In this document: in pieces, positions 40,463 to 51,140 of the stretch
How the letters are laid out: each line of letters begins with the position of its first letter
Position numbering within the stretch: position 1 is the first letter of the stretch
IMG/VR virus record: IMGVR_UViG_3300035208_002115
Reading direction: 5' to 3' (one strand)
DNA from: a virus
Lineage: Duplodnaviria > Caudoviricetes
DNA length: 64,000 nucleotides
Notes under the pieces: generated by a model
Database searches by the model: none
What the model saw: the letters and a program-made list of their open reading frames with translations, nothing else
What the model was told of the DNA's origin: nothing
Position numbers and translations under genes: made by a program

Positions 40463-40798
40463 TTATTGACTATTTTTTAAAGAATTAATTGGAAACCAAT
40501 ATTCTTTTTTAAAAGGTATTTTTATATTACCGTTTATTATCAATTCTTTAGAAGTATTTTTAATATCATTCACATTGATTACTTCATATGTAAATGGTAA
40601 ATTTGCATCACCATTTATTTTAACTTCACCAAGACTATCATCCCATTGAACATCTTCATGATATTTTCTCATCAACTCATGAACTTGTTCTTTAGCTTCT
40701 TCTCTGGTTATACCATCAACTGGTATAATGAATTTTTTATGATTAAATTCAGTATGTTTTTTTTTAAATCTTTTATCAATAAAACTAAATAATCCCAT
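40463..40798 (-). CDS. mini paralogue of the portal clip segment
   Basis: KKFIIPVDGITREEAKEQVHELMRKYHEDVQWDDSLGEVKING vs portal KKFIIPTDGLTRAQAEQQIFQLMSEYHEDVQWDDRLGTVKING. Confidence 0.85.
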   Translation of the reverse strand: MGLFSFIDKRFKKKHTEFNHKKFIIPVDGITREEAKEQVHELMRKYHEDVQWDDSLGEVKINGDANLPFTYEVINVNDIKNTSKELIINGNIKIPFKKEYWFPINSLKNSQ

Positions 40799-40916
40799 TT
40801 TTATGATATTTTATTTTATCTATATATAAAAATATTAAGTCTTTGTTTATTTTTTAGTTCCAATACTTATAAATTAAGAATATAAGGCTTGGGTCTTATA
40901 ATATTAGATTATTAGA

Positions 40917-41636
40917 TTATTTACTTATATTTTCAGATAATTTGTAATTTTTCTCAAATGCTTTTAATTTTTTATAAAATGCTTTTGTATCTTCATCATA
41001 TTCTAATTTTATATTATCATATTCAGTTATTATATCTTTTAATTTCGTTTTAAATCCTTCAGAATCGGTCTTTTCGACAAGTTCTTTCATTAATGCTGAA
41101 TTAACGTAACGAGTATTCAGAAATATAAATCTATCCATGATATTCGTGGATATTATATTTACTTCTTCTATTTTTAGAACATCAAATGCAGTCACGGAGA
41201 ATTCAAACCCACCATTCTTTTTTAAAGCTTTGTAAATATTTTCGAATGTTATACCTTTTAGAGGCATCTCACTTGATACATCAGATATATCAATATTTTT
41301 ATCAATAATAGATTGATATAAATAAAATAATTGACCAAAGAATTCTATTTTATACTCATATGGTAAATAATCCAGATTTATACAATAAAGAATGTTTTTA
41401 TTTTTCCACACTTTATATTCTAATGGTAATATCGGACAAAATATTTTATTACCATTAAAATTATATAATATAAGATAGAAATGACCTATGGATAGATTTT
41501 TTAAAGAAATAGTTTTAAATTCATTATTTTGATGTTTTCTTAAATAAAAAATTCGTTCAGTAGATTCAAGTGTAATAGCAGTTAAATTATATGAATACTG
41601 ATTAAAAATATTATAACCTTGTTCTTTTAGATTCAT
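40917..41636 (-). CDS. gp2-like DNA end protector (tentative)
   Basis: GHFYLILY ... CINLDYLP resembles the GxNLHYLP motif; adjacent to gp4. Confidence 0.5.
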   Translation of the reverse strand: MNLKEQGYNIFNQYSYNLTAITLESTERIFYLRKHQNNEFKTISLKNLSIGHFYLILYNFNGNKIFCPILPLEYKVWKNKNILYCINLDYLPYEYKIEFFGQLFYLYQSIIDKNIDISDVSSEMPLKGITFENIYKALKKNGGFEFSVTAFDVLKIEEVNIISTNIMDRFIFLNTRYVNSALMKELVEKTDSEGFKTKLKDIITEYDNIKLEYDEDTKAFYKKLKAFEKNYKLSENISK

Positions 41637-42130
41637 TTCAATATTTTAGCTTTTTCAAGATGTTTTTCAGTTATAATCACAAATTGTAAACCTCTTTTAG
41701 CACACCATTCTACTGCTTGACTCCATTTCAATTTATTTTTTATATAGGTCTTTAATGAGTACTCAAAATTTTGTAGAGATTTTATAGATTCTTTCATTGG
41801 TTTTTGTGGCGGTTGAGTTTCTTTATATGGTTTTAGTTCAACTACCACTTTATCTATCTTTTCAGGGTCTGATTTGTTTACACATTCATAATAAAAATCT
41901 GGATAATAACGATGAAAATTACCAAGTGTATCTTGATATGTTATTGTAATTCCTTCTGAGTTCCACTTAGTAACATTTTCGTTTAAATCCAGAAATGAAC
42001 AGAATTTCATTTCCCACGAAGAACGAAATGCAATTCTTGTTGGGTCACCCATATACTTTTCTGGATTAATTAATTTGTAATATCCTTGGTGATATTTTTG
42101 AGACTGATTTGGTTTAGAAATATTACCCAC
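41633..42130 (-). CDS. head completion nuclease (T4 gp4-like)
   Basis: QGYYKLINPEKYMGD, RSSWE, HRYYPDF, ELKP, KW, ITE. Confidence 0.9.
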   Translation of the reverse strand: MGNISKPNQSQKYHQGYYKLINPEKYMGDPTRIAFRSSWEMKFCSFLDLNENVTKWNSEGITITYQDTLGNFHRYYPDFYYECVNKSDPEKIDKVVVELKPYKETQPPQKPMKESIKSLQNFEYSLKTYIKNKLKWSQAVEWCAKRGLQFVIITEKHLEKAKILK

Positions 42131-42139
42131 ATATAAATT

Positions 42140-43030
42140 TTATTTTTTAATCATATGTTGACAAACAATGTTTATCCATTTATTTTTAACACATGTATTA
42201 TAAGCACTGACACATCCGTGTTCAAAACTATGCTTACTATTATATTTTAGTGCTTCTTCTTTGCATTTTTCAAATGTCCAATAACCTCTCGGTTTTTTAA
42301 TGCTTTGCAAGTCTTTGGTTAGTTCTTTATACCACCCATGTCTCGTTGACGAACGGTATGCACCACTATATTTTTTTCTAAATTCATTTTTAGTTTTACA
42401 ATTTATTATAACTTTTTTACAGTTATCATATGTCCACATTAAATTTGAACCACCAAGACCACCTGTTTTAGTTTTATTTAATATATTAAACCCATGTAAT
42501 TTAAAAATATTTAACCAAAATTCTTCTAATTTTTGCGATTCTTTGTATGATATATATCCAGTTAATTTTATAAAAGATGGTATTAACCCACTTTTAACAA
42601 TATATTTATTAACCAAACTTTTTTCAGTTTCTAAATGTTGTTTTTTTCTTTTAATAAAATTATATGTCAATCCAATGTACACACTACCATCAGAAAAATA
42701 TACCATATATATTAAACGATTAAATCTATCTCCTGACACTTCCATGTGTTTACATACATCATCAATCCAATTATTTTCTAAGCATTTCATATAAGCTGAA
42801 GTTGACTTTTTAGAAAATTCTCCTTTAGTATTATATTTTAATGCTTCTTTTTTACAATTTTCATATGTCCATATAACAATATGACCATTTGAACGGGACA
42901 TATGTTTACAAATATCATCTAACCATTTATTTTTACGGGAAGTTTCATAGACTTTATTATGATTTTTTCTAAAATCACTTCTTCTATTATATTTAGATGC
43001 AACTTTCTCACAATAATAGTAATCTAACAT
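42140..43030 (-). CDS. GIY-YIG homing endonuclease with repeated WTxExC modules
   Basis: LIY....VYIGLT...R..QH; WTYENCKKEALKY-like unit x3. Confidence 0.8.
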   Translation of the reverse strand: MLDYYYCEKVASKYNRRSDFRKNHNKVYETSRKNKWLDDICKHMSRSNGHIVIWTYENCKKEALKYNTKGEFSKKSTSAYMKCLENNWIDDVCKHMEVSGDRFNRLIYMVYFSDGSVYIGLTYNFIKRKKQHLETEKSLVNKYIVKSGLIPSFIKLTGYISYKESQKLEEFWLNIFKLHGFNILNKTKTGGLGGSNLMWTYDNCKKVIINCKTKNEFRKKYSGAYRSSTRHGWYKELTKDLQSIKKPRGYWTFEKCKEEALKYNSKHSFEHGCVSAYNTCVKNKWINIVCQHMIKK

Positions 43031-43091
43031 TATAATAATTGTTATTTTTATAATATTATATATTTATAAAATGATTACTAAAAATATTTAC

Positions 43092-43316
43092 TTAAACAGG
43101 ATTTAATATTTTTTCGTATTTATTATTAAAAAATCTAATAATACGTTTTTTTCCCATAACAATATTACTAACTACTTCGTTCTTAAATTCAACATACACT
43201 ACCAATTTGTCTTGGATATAACACGATTGAATTTTAGAAAGGTTCTTATCACTCTGGATACACTCGATTAGATGATTTTGATTACGTTCTTTTAATAAAT
43301 CAATTACAGTTGTCAT
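43092..43316 (-). CDS. hypothetical protein
   Basis: 74-aa ORF with upstream TATATA. Confidence 0.55.
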   Translation of the reverse strand: MTTVIDLLKERNQNHLIECIQSDKNLSKIQSCYIQDKLVVYVEFKNEVVSNIVMGKKRIIRFFNNKYEKILNPV

Positions 43317-43411
43317 AAAGATAAAAATATTTTTTTAGAGTTCGGTTAGGTATCTATATATTTTTATCTTAAAAAAACTTTTTGTTTTTACTGGATTACA
43401 AAAATTATTTT

Positions 43412-43789
43412 TTAAATATTATGTAAACCTTTTCCATCATTCGAAGAATCCAAACTGATAAATACTAAATTATCTTCACTATAACTTTTTTTATTGGATA
43501 TAGTATTCCAACCATCTGCTATTCCACGTTTAAAAATCTCTGTCATATATGGTAAGGCCAGTGAAAATTTCTTTTCATTGAATCCTTTCCAATTTTCAAA
43601 CATCCGAAGAAGTCCCTGTTGCATACAATCTTCTTTATCTTCTTTATTCTTATAAGAAGCTTCTTTTTTTCGGATAGTTTCTTTAGCGATTAATATGAAC
43701 ATTTTTTCTGCCGTTCTGGTAAGTTTACCACGACCTTTAGATAATACTATTTCATAATACAAATCATTATCATTTAAATATTGTGCCAT
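43412..43789 (-). CDS. gp55-like late-transcription sigma factor
   Basis: YLNDNDLY, EDCMQQGL...FNEKK..ALPYMTEIFKRG parallels gp55 YVNNKEL / FD..K..NPFAYFTQI. Confidence 0.7.
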   Translation of the reverse strand: MAQYLNDNDLYYEIVLSKGRGKLTRTAEKMFILIAKETIRKKEASYKNKEDKEDCMQQGLLRMFENWKGFNEKKFSLALPYMTEIFKRGIADGWNTISNKKSYSEDNLVFISLDSSNDGKGLHNI

Positions 43790-44008
43790 AAGCAAAATAA
43801 AATTATTTTTTTGGGCAATAATAAAATAAAAAATATTTTATGCTAAATATGCTTATGTCTATTTTTGTCTGCTTATAATGCTTTCGAATTAAATTATTGT
43901 ATTTATATAGTTAAATACGTAAAAAAATAAAAATAATTACTTTTTAAATAAAAAAAATGTTTACCAATTTAATGATAAACATTTTATTATAGTCAATTTT
44001 CAACTAAT

Positions 44009-44440
44009 TTAATTTCCGATTTCAATTTCACAGACTTTCTTATCGTAATAAATGGTTAAATCTTTTGGAAAATACGATACCTCTTTTTCAGAATCAATAT
44101 CAACTGTACAATCTATTTTTTCATATTTAAAATCAATAGTTTCTTCTACTGGTTCACCTACAATGTTACCGAGTTCATCAGTAGTAGTTATCTCAATTAT
44201 CCCAGTGATTTTTTTAACATACGCTTCAATTCTTGACAACCCTATATTTGATTCATCATTAAAAACTAACCCCCAATAAACAACAATGTTTTTACATTCA
44301 TATTCCACATCGTCATTTTTTGGTGTATTAGCTAAATAACATTCATTCGAATCCAATGTGGTAACATATTCTTTATCAAGTTTAATATAATTAACATCTA
44401 TTTCCGAAATACCTTCAAAAAACTTATTAAATGTTTTCAT
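44009..44440 (-). CDS. putative internal head protein
   Basis: MKTFNKFFE leader. Confidence 0.55.
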   Translation of the reverse strand: MKTFNKFFEGISEIDVNYIKLDKEYVTTLDSNECYLANTPKNDDVEYECKNIVVYWGLVFNDESNIGLSRIEAYVKKITGIIEITTTDELGNIVGEPVEETIDFKYEKIDCTVDIDSEKEVSYFPKDLTIYYDKKVCEIEIGN

Positions 44441-44524
44441 TTTTAATATGTTATCATAATTTTTGCACGATAACATAACTAATGATATTAAGCAAAAGTT
44501 ATGTTATCATGCTATAATTTAGAA

Positions 44525-45811
44525 TTATACTGATTGCTGCCTTCTTGCAGTTTTCTTATCATTCTTAATTTTCTGAGATTCTTTAATCAAATTGTGTTTT
44601 ACTATCAATAGATTATCGAAAGCTGTTTTTAAATTTTTATCATTCTTCAACAGTTCACCTTCTGATTTAAGCATATCGATAGCTTCGTTAGTTTCCTTAA
44701 TTTTATTTTCTATTTTCTGTTCTCTATCTTCAAGAGCTTTCAAATGTTTCAGTTCTTTAGATAACTTATTTTCAAAAAATGTGGTTACATCATAATCAAG
44801 TTCTTTACGAATATCATTAATCATAGTATTAACTGATTCATATTGATAAAATCTTGAACCAGTCCTTTTATCTATTGAATATAGATACATACTATCTTTA
44901 TAATTAATAGCAACTGCTTCCATAAATGGTTTAGCTAAGTTAGAAACTTTAATAGCAACATCTAAATCAACAAACTTATCAAGGTTTTCATTAACAGTTT
45001 TTAATATCAGGTAATAGTCTTTTTTTAAATAAGGAATAATAGGTGAATTGAATACGTTTTCAAGATTCGATTCAACATCAGCTTTTTCTTCATTTAAAAA
45101 TAAAGAACCATCTTTAGTAGACAGAGAGATTCGAAGATTTTCGTCAATTCTGAATGTTATAAGCTTGTCAGTTATTTCAGCTCTTTTTATAGCTTCTTCT
45201 AATAAACGAATTCTTCTTATTTCTTTTTCTTCTTTAATATAATCATCAGGAATAACTTGTTTAACCTCAGATTCTTTGAATAAAAACCAACGGTCAACAA
45301 CATAAGCTAAAATACCATCGTTTATTTTTTCAACCAATGTAAATACCTTTTCACCTTTACCAGAATTTCTATAATTCTGAATTTCGATTGGATTTTTCTT
45401 AATCTCCAACATGAACATTTTTATTTCTGGAATCCAATCATAAATAACCAATTCGTTAACAATTGATTCCATCTTTTCTTCGTCTGAATTCTTAGAAATA
45501 ATATTTAAAATAGTATTTAAAGGTTGACGATATAAATGTGCATGATTCTTACGTTCAACTTTACGATAAAGGTCTTTTAAATCGGCAGTTAAAGTATTCT
45601 GGTCAATTTCTGATTTTAAACCTTCCAATAAACTTTTCACGTCATCATCGTATGAAAATTTTCCAAGTTTTTCATTCAAAGAAGAATAAACTTCTTTTTC
45701 AGAATATCTGTCACATGCAACAATGTGATGTTCAACTATTGCAGATAATTCAGTCTGGTCAATAGTTAATTTTTTATTAAAATTAAAGAGTTCTAATTTA
45801 AAGTTTTTCAT
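44525..45811 (-). CDS. late hypothetical protein (possible head/core component)
   Basis: 428 aa, C-terminal coiled coil, shares the extended promoter with the capsid genes. Confidence 0.6.
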   Translation of the reverse strand: MKNFKLELFNFNKKLTIDQTELSAIVEHHIVACDRYSEKEVYSSLNEKLGKFSYDDDVKSLLEGLKSEIDQNTLTADLKDLYRKVERKNHAHLYRQPLNTILNIISKNSDEEKMESIVNELVIYDWIPEIKMFMLEIKKNPIEIQNYRNSGKGEKVFTLVEKINDGILAYVVDRWFLFKESEVKQVIPDDYIKEEKEIRRIRLLEEAIKRAEITDKLITFRIDENLRISLSTKDGSLFLNEEKADVESNLENVFNSPIIPYLKKDYYLILKTVNENLDKFVDLDVAIKVSNLAKPFMEAVAINYKDSMYLYSIDKRTGSRFYQYESVNTMINDIRKELDYDVTTFFENKLSKELKHLKALEDREQKIENKIKETNEAIDMLKSEGELLKNDKNLKTAFDNLLIVKHNLIKESQKIKNDKKTARRQQSV

Positions 45812-45991
45812 TTTATTTTCATTATTTTTTCTTTTAAGTTGTACCTTTTCTTTTTTTATATTGTACTTAAAGTATAGTTATATATTAAATAAAAATGTCT
45901 ATTTTTTCCATATTTGGTGGAATTTCTTTCTATAATTTTTTTATTAATTTTAAAAAGATTATTTTTGAGAATTAATTAAATATATAGTAAT

Positions 45992-48238
45992 ATGATACCA
46001 GTTATAAAAGAACCAAAGGAACTCTTTCTTGAATTTCACATTCATGAACACTGTTTTTTCTGTCAAAAACCAACTGATACTTGGCACAACGGAACAAACC
46101 AGCCTGTTTGTAAAAAATGTGCAAAGGTTCATAAGGTATCTGAATTACCGAAGGCTCATCCTAAATATAAACCTGTGCCTAAACAAAAAATAATTGCATA
46201 ATATGGATATTTTTAAAAAAGATAAAGGGGATTGGATTGATAAGCATTTTAAACAAGTAGAGGCTGATAAAATGAAAGCGTGTAAACACGAGCGTAGGAA
46301 AGATTTGACCAACGGTTTAGGTGTTGAAAGAAATTTTTATTGTCCAGATTGTAAGACACATTGGTACAAAGGAAAAATATGGCCTGAAAAAGAATGGAAC
46401 GCTTATGTAAATGATTTTTCTGATACTGATATTGATTCTAAATAAATTATTATGAGTTACATGAACGATAACATTTATATAAAAACTAACAAAGATGGAA
46501 CGAAAACTATTATTTCATCTGGTGTCATAAATAGTGATTTGGGTCATTTCACGGGAACAGCTCAAACACACATATATTCACACAAACTTGAAAAGGTTGT
46601 CTGTGGTTCAAAAAGCTTTCATGGTTGTGGCTTAAATCATGATTTAGATATAGAATTATCAAAAGAAATAGGACACGCCCAAGGAATAAGCTGTAAAAGA
46701 TGTAGAAACTGGTTTAAAAAGAATTATTTATAATTAAATATATCAATATGGAAAAAATTATATTGGAATATGGAATGAAACTTTTGTTTCCCTGTCGTCC
46801 TTATCATGTTGTTGTTCCTGAAATTGGTTTCGGGTTGACATCATCATCGGATGAATCAGAACAGATATTGATGGAAGTTTGTAAATTTTGGGAAACAGAC
46901 ACAGACCCAAATAAATATAAAGTTAAATTAGTTCCCATGATGGAAGATGATAAAACACGTTTTCCTTGTGAAAAACTATATTCCAGTGACTTGATTAAAC
47001 TCATAGACGAGGGAACGGCTCTCGTAATTAGGGTAGTTGATGATAAAACTTTTGATGAATTGAAACAAGAGGCCATCTCAGAAGAAATGAATGACTGGGA
47101 TACTGAACAAGAAAAAACGAACGTTTAAAAGAAGACAATGAAAATTGGCTTCTGAGTAAATTTGGGTTTGGTAAAAAAAACTAATGATATGGCAGCCATA
47201 ACATTCAAATTATCCAGCAAAAAAGATTTCATAGAAATCATAGAGAAAAATACCCTCGTAGAAATATGGAAACATATTCGTTTTTACATCAATGAACCAA
47301 GAAATTGGATTATTGAAGAATGTGAGGATGGTGAAATGGTTGACTGTATGTGTGCTTATACGTTTTTAAGTATGTATAAAGACGAAACTGATTTACCACT
47401 ATTAATATCTGATATCTTACCTTAAAAATTTTACTATATGATTCGTTTCAAATTATTAGACGAAAATGATAACTATAAAGAATATGTTATCGAACTTGAT
47501 TTTGAAAATTCAGATGATTTTTTTGACTTCATTGATACTGATGAAGATTATGATGACTTCATGCATGAAATGGAATGTGGTCATAACCCTTGGTGCGGTG
47601 TTCATGACGGCACAGGTGGTATTGATAAAGATGGTACTGAGTGGGATGGATTTCACTCTTATGAAATAAAAGATTTTGATGCAGCCATCGAAAGGTGGTC
47701 AAATTTTTTCAAGAATAAGAAACGTTTATTAAACCTAAATCAATAATATGTATTGTTACGAATGTGCAAAAAACGGTAAAATTCATTTTGTACCATCTGG
47801 TTATAGCGAATGTGCATATGGTCATAATATACATGTGAGTTTAGATAAAAAACTTACAGTACCTAAAATGCTTGATGATATCAAATCGAATTGTGTTTAA
47901 AAAAAATAAAAATGAAAACAATAAAACAAGGATTAGATGAAGCTTACAAAAATGCTGGTATAAATGCATATTTTGGTAGTGGATTCGATGCAGGTATTGA
48001 ATTTGCAGAAAGTGTAATTAAAATTGAAGATGAATATCCTTCAATGAAAAACGGTTTTATTGATGAACTTGTTTTAGTATGTGTCCGTAATAAAAATAAA
48101 GAGGATGGTATTATACTTTGGGATTTATGTTCATTTGATGGAGAAACATGGTCAAAAAGAAATAATACTTGGGAAATAATAATAGGTTGGAGACCAATTT
48201 TACGTTCCAAATCGGAAACCCCATTAGTCGGTTTATAA
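45992..48238 (+). other. run of small hypothetical CDS (45992, 46194, 46452, 46748, ~47162, 47438, ~47912), several with CxxC motifs
   Basis: Co-directional ORFs after a TAnnTTTG motif at 45960. Confidence 0.65.
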
Positions 48239-48287
48239 ACAGATAACACAACAATTTATATATTAATAAATATTAAATCACAATAAT

Positions 48288-48620
48288 ATGAACAATCATT
48301 ATCAAAGAGTAAAGCAAATAATGGATATCCCATCCAGTGATTTACAACATCACATGAAACGTGTAAAGAACATTGTTGATGTGAAAGCTGTTGGTGATAT
48401 TGACAAGCAGAAAAAATTAGCTGTTACGATGGCTAACCGTATTACAGATATAGATAAGTGTTTCGGTCGTCATCTTGTTTCACAAGAATTAAATCAGACC
48501 CATCTGGCTAAAATTTTCCTTAATCGATTTAAAGAATTGACTTATTCCACGAAGGATTATCGTAGGGAAAAGTTATTAGAAATATTTGGAGATTGGGATG
48601 ATGAACCTGAAAAAAAATAA
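48288..48620 (+). CDS. hypothetical protein with C-terminal tag
   Basis: YRREKLLEIFGD. Confidence 0.7.
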   Translation: MNNHYQRVKQIMDIPSSDLQHHMKRVKNIVDVKAVGDIDKQKKLAVTMANRITDIDKCFGRHLVSQELNQTHLAKIFLNRFKELTYSTKDYRREKLLEIFGDWDDEPEKK

Positions 48621-48623
48621 TCA

Positions 48624-48971
48624 ATGGAAAAAAATATAATATATTTTGGACAACCAGCTAAGATTTGTTGTGATGAAAAATGCAACAAAGCTTGGGGTAT
48701 TGCATTAAGACCTAAAGAACAATTATCGGATGCTGTTGATGATGTCGTTTTTCTTTCAGATGATGAACTTGGAGATGCACCAGAAAACCCCCAAACTTGG
48801 GAAGGTGATGATGGTAAACCAACATGTGATTCTGAGAAAATGAATAAATGGTGCGCCCGTCAATGTGAAAGGTGTGTTATGACAGAATATTGTAAACCAG
48901 ATGAACCATTAAAATTAAAAGATTGGAGTCACAGAAGATATAATATTCCAAGTAAACATACAACAGAGTGA
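48624..48971 (+). CDS. Cys-rich hypothetical protein
   Basis: CDEKCNKAWG...NKWCARQCERC. Confidence 0.65.
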   Translation: MEKNIIYFGQPAKICCDEKCNKAWGIALRPKEQLSDAVDDVVFLSDDELGDAPENPQTWEGDDGKPTCDSEKMNKWCARQCERCVMTEYCKPDEPLKLKDWSHRRYNIPSKHTTE

Positions 48972-48997
48972 AAGGTCTAAGAAATTAGACCTTTTTT
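48971..48997. terminator. terminator hairpin at a convergent gene junction
   Basis: AAAGGTCTAA-GAAA-TTAGACCTTTTTT. Confidence 0.75.
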
Positions 48998-49486
48998 AAA
49001 ATGTTTTACACTCAATATTTCTAAATTATTATTAGCATTAAGATTTATTTCTTTTTCATGGGGGTAATTTATATTATGTAAAATAGTGTCTTCAAAGTTT
49101 ATGTTTTCAACTGGTGTTTTTATTGTGACAATATATAAGTTTTCAGGTTTAGCATTACCCAAACCTATCTCAAATAAAAAATCCTTATTAAATAAATTTT
49201 TATTGTAAACAAAATTAGTTCCAAGGAATTCTTTTTTTAAATCATCAACATTGGGTAAATCCAATATTCTATAAAGAATTATTTCATTCTTTCCTTTTAA
49301 ATATTCTTGGGCTGCTGCTATTGTTTCCACAGCAGTTTCTTTATAGTAATCATCATATTCAGCCGTATCTTCGTCACTATCTATAATAGATAAAATATCA
49401 TCTTCACCCAATTCTAAAAATATTTTTAAATTCATAGTAGATAGATTTTCTGGGTTGAATTCTTCAAATAATTTTAGATATTTCAT
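48977..49486 (-). CDS. putative ART-like (R...ExE) internal head protein
   Basis: MKYLKLFEEF leader; LYR, LGTNF, HEKEI. Confidence 0.5.
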   Translation of the reverse strand: MKYLKLFEEFNPENLSTMNLKIFLELGEDDILSIIDSDEDTAEYDDYYKETAVETIAAAQEYLKGKNEIILYRILDLPNVDDLKKEFLGTNFVYNKNLFNKDFLFEIGLGNAKPENLYIVTIKTPVENINFEDTILHNINYPHEKEINLNANNNLEILSVKHFKKGLIS

Positions 49487-49500
49487 TTTTATTACTTTTT

Positions 49501-49905
49501 TTAAGAAACATAACTTACTATTTCATACCTACCATTTTCCATCATATGCCAAGATAACCACAAACCAGCATTTTCATAAGGTGTGTAAAATGTTATATCA
49601 TCTCGTGTTTCTGAACTCATTTTATCGGCAAGATTAAAAATAGTATTACTATCTTCACCTAATAAAAAACCACTCCAGTAAGTATTATCTTCCATTACTG
49701 GAACAATACCATATTTATCTAAAACTGCAAATAATTCATCAAGTGGGATTTCATCGAAATAAGTAGGTTTAGTTACTTCCCTAATATCTTTATTTATTTT
49801 TTTCTTTATAGGCGCATTGAGATGTTGAATCTCTCTTTTATACATATCTTTTATTTTATCTTGTCTTAAATTTTCATTCAAGAAATTTTCAAATTTTGTT
49901 TTCAT
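49501..49905 (-). CDS. putative internal head protein
   Basis: MKTKFENFLNE leader. Confidence 0.55.
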   Translation of the reverse strand: MKTKFENFLNENLRQDKIKDMYKREIQHLNAPIKKKINKDIREVTKPTYFDEIPLDELFAVLDKYGIVPVMEDNTYWSGFLLGEDSNTIFNLADKMSSETRDDITFYTPYENAGLWLSWHMMENGRYEIVSYVS

Positions 49906-49920
49906 TTTAATTATTATTTT

Positions 49921-50745
49921 TTAAAAGTTTTCTTTTGGTGTGTTTGTTCTACTTTTTAATTCAACCTCGTTGGGTTCTCTACTATTCTTTTCCCATATAT
50001 AAGAATTCCAGTATACTCTTTTCCCAGACGGTACATCGCCAATTTGACTTGGTGGTAACTGACCCATACTTTCCCAATTTATTTCGGAATCATTGTCACA
50101 GGTTTCGAAATCATCAGTATCGATAAAGAAATCAGGATAATAAGTATCAACACCAAGAGAAAATTTAACAGATTTTATTTTATCAGTGTCCAATCCATGC
50201 TCTCTCGGAATTGTAATGTCTTTATCATCAGGTAATGTTAGTATAGCTTCTATTTTTATACCGAAATAATCTATGTTAAAAAACATATAATTAAATAATA
50301 CTTTTAATATTTTTTCAGATACTCTCAGAACATCTATTGTATTGGCTACTCGCACTTCTATTTCAAAATTTAATGTAATAGGGATGGCTTTTATTTTTGA
50401 AAATATCTTACGATATTCATCATTTATTTTCAATTCTTTAGATAAAAATTGATTGGGGTTTGCGAACTCATCTGCTTTAGATGATATTGAATTTAATGTT
50501 ATAATACCTCTGGGTATTTGGTCTGTATTTAATTCTACTCTTTTATCTGGTATATCATCTACAAAAGCATCGAATAAAAAACGTTCATCCCCAGCCATAG
50601 AAAGATAAAAAGGTACAATAACTCGCATTTTTTTATCTTCAAATCTATTTATCCATCTTATACCTTTAGATAATGTTTTAGCTAAAGCCACACATACCAT
50701 TCTAAAGAATTGGTCATCAAAATTATACGTATTATCGATTATCAT
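49921..50745 (-). CDS. gp15-like tail terminator/sheath stabiliser
   Basis: VPFYLS...ERFL, IPRG, IPITLNFEI; late motif upstream. Confidence 0.65.
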   Translation of the reverse strand: MIIDNTYNFDDQFFRMVCVALAKTLSKGIRWINRFEDKKMRVIVPFYLSMAGDERFLFDAFVDDIPDKRVELNTDQIPRGIITLNSISSKADEFANPNQFLSKELKINDEYRKIFSKIKAIPITLNFEIEVRVANTIDVLRVSEKILKVLFNYMFFNIDYFGIKIEAILTLPDDKDITIPREHGLDTDKIKSVKFSLGVDTYYPDFFIDTDDFETCDNDSEINWESMGQLPPSQIGDVPSGKRVYWNSYIWEKNSREPNEVELKSRTNTPKENF

Positions 50746-50836
50746 TATTTAAATTAATTTAATCTTATATATTAAAAGGTAGTCTGTCATTTTTTTTATT
50801 TGAATAAAATATATATTTTTGTTATGATTAAATTAA

Positions 50837-51127
50837 ATGATGATGAGAATAGGTGAAAAGTTAACATACTGGTATAGAAGTGACACAGTTAGTGTGGGTC
50901 AGTGTGTTGATTTGATAATAAATGACAATGTAGTTGAGACTATTACAATCGCTTATATACATTATAATCGAGATAGTGCTGATAAAGTTTGGTTTGGAAA
51001 AGAAAACCCATATACAGGAGAATATATAGGAAAATCAAAATTTACAAGAACATATAGTAAAATATGTGTAACTACAAACAAAGGAATCCTGAGAAGAAAA
51101 ATGATAGAAGCTCTTGAATTAATATAA
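50837..51127 (+). CDS. hypothetical protein with variant C-terminal tag
   Basis: LRRKMIEALELI. Confidence 0.6.
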   Translation: MMMRIGEKLTYWYRSDTVSVGQCVDLIINDNVVETITIAYIHYNRDSADKVWFGKENPYTGEYIGKSKFTRTYSKICVTTNKGILRRKMIEALELI

Positions 51128-51140
51128 ACCAAAATATAAT

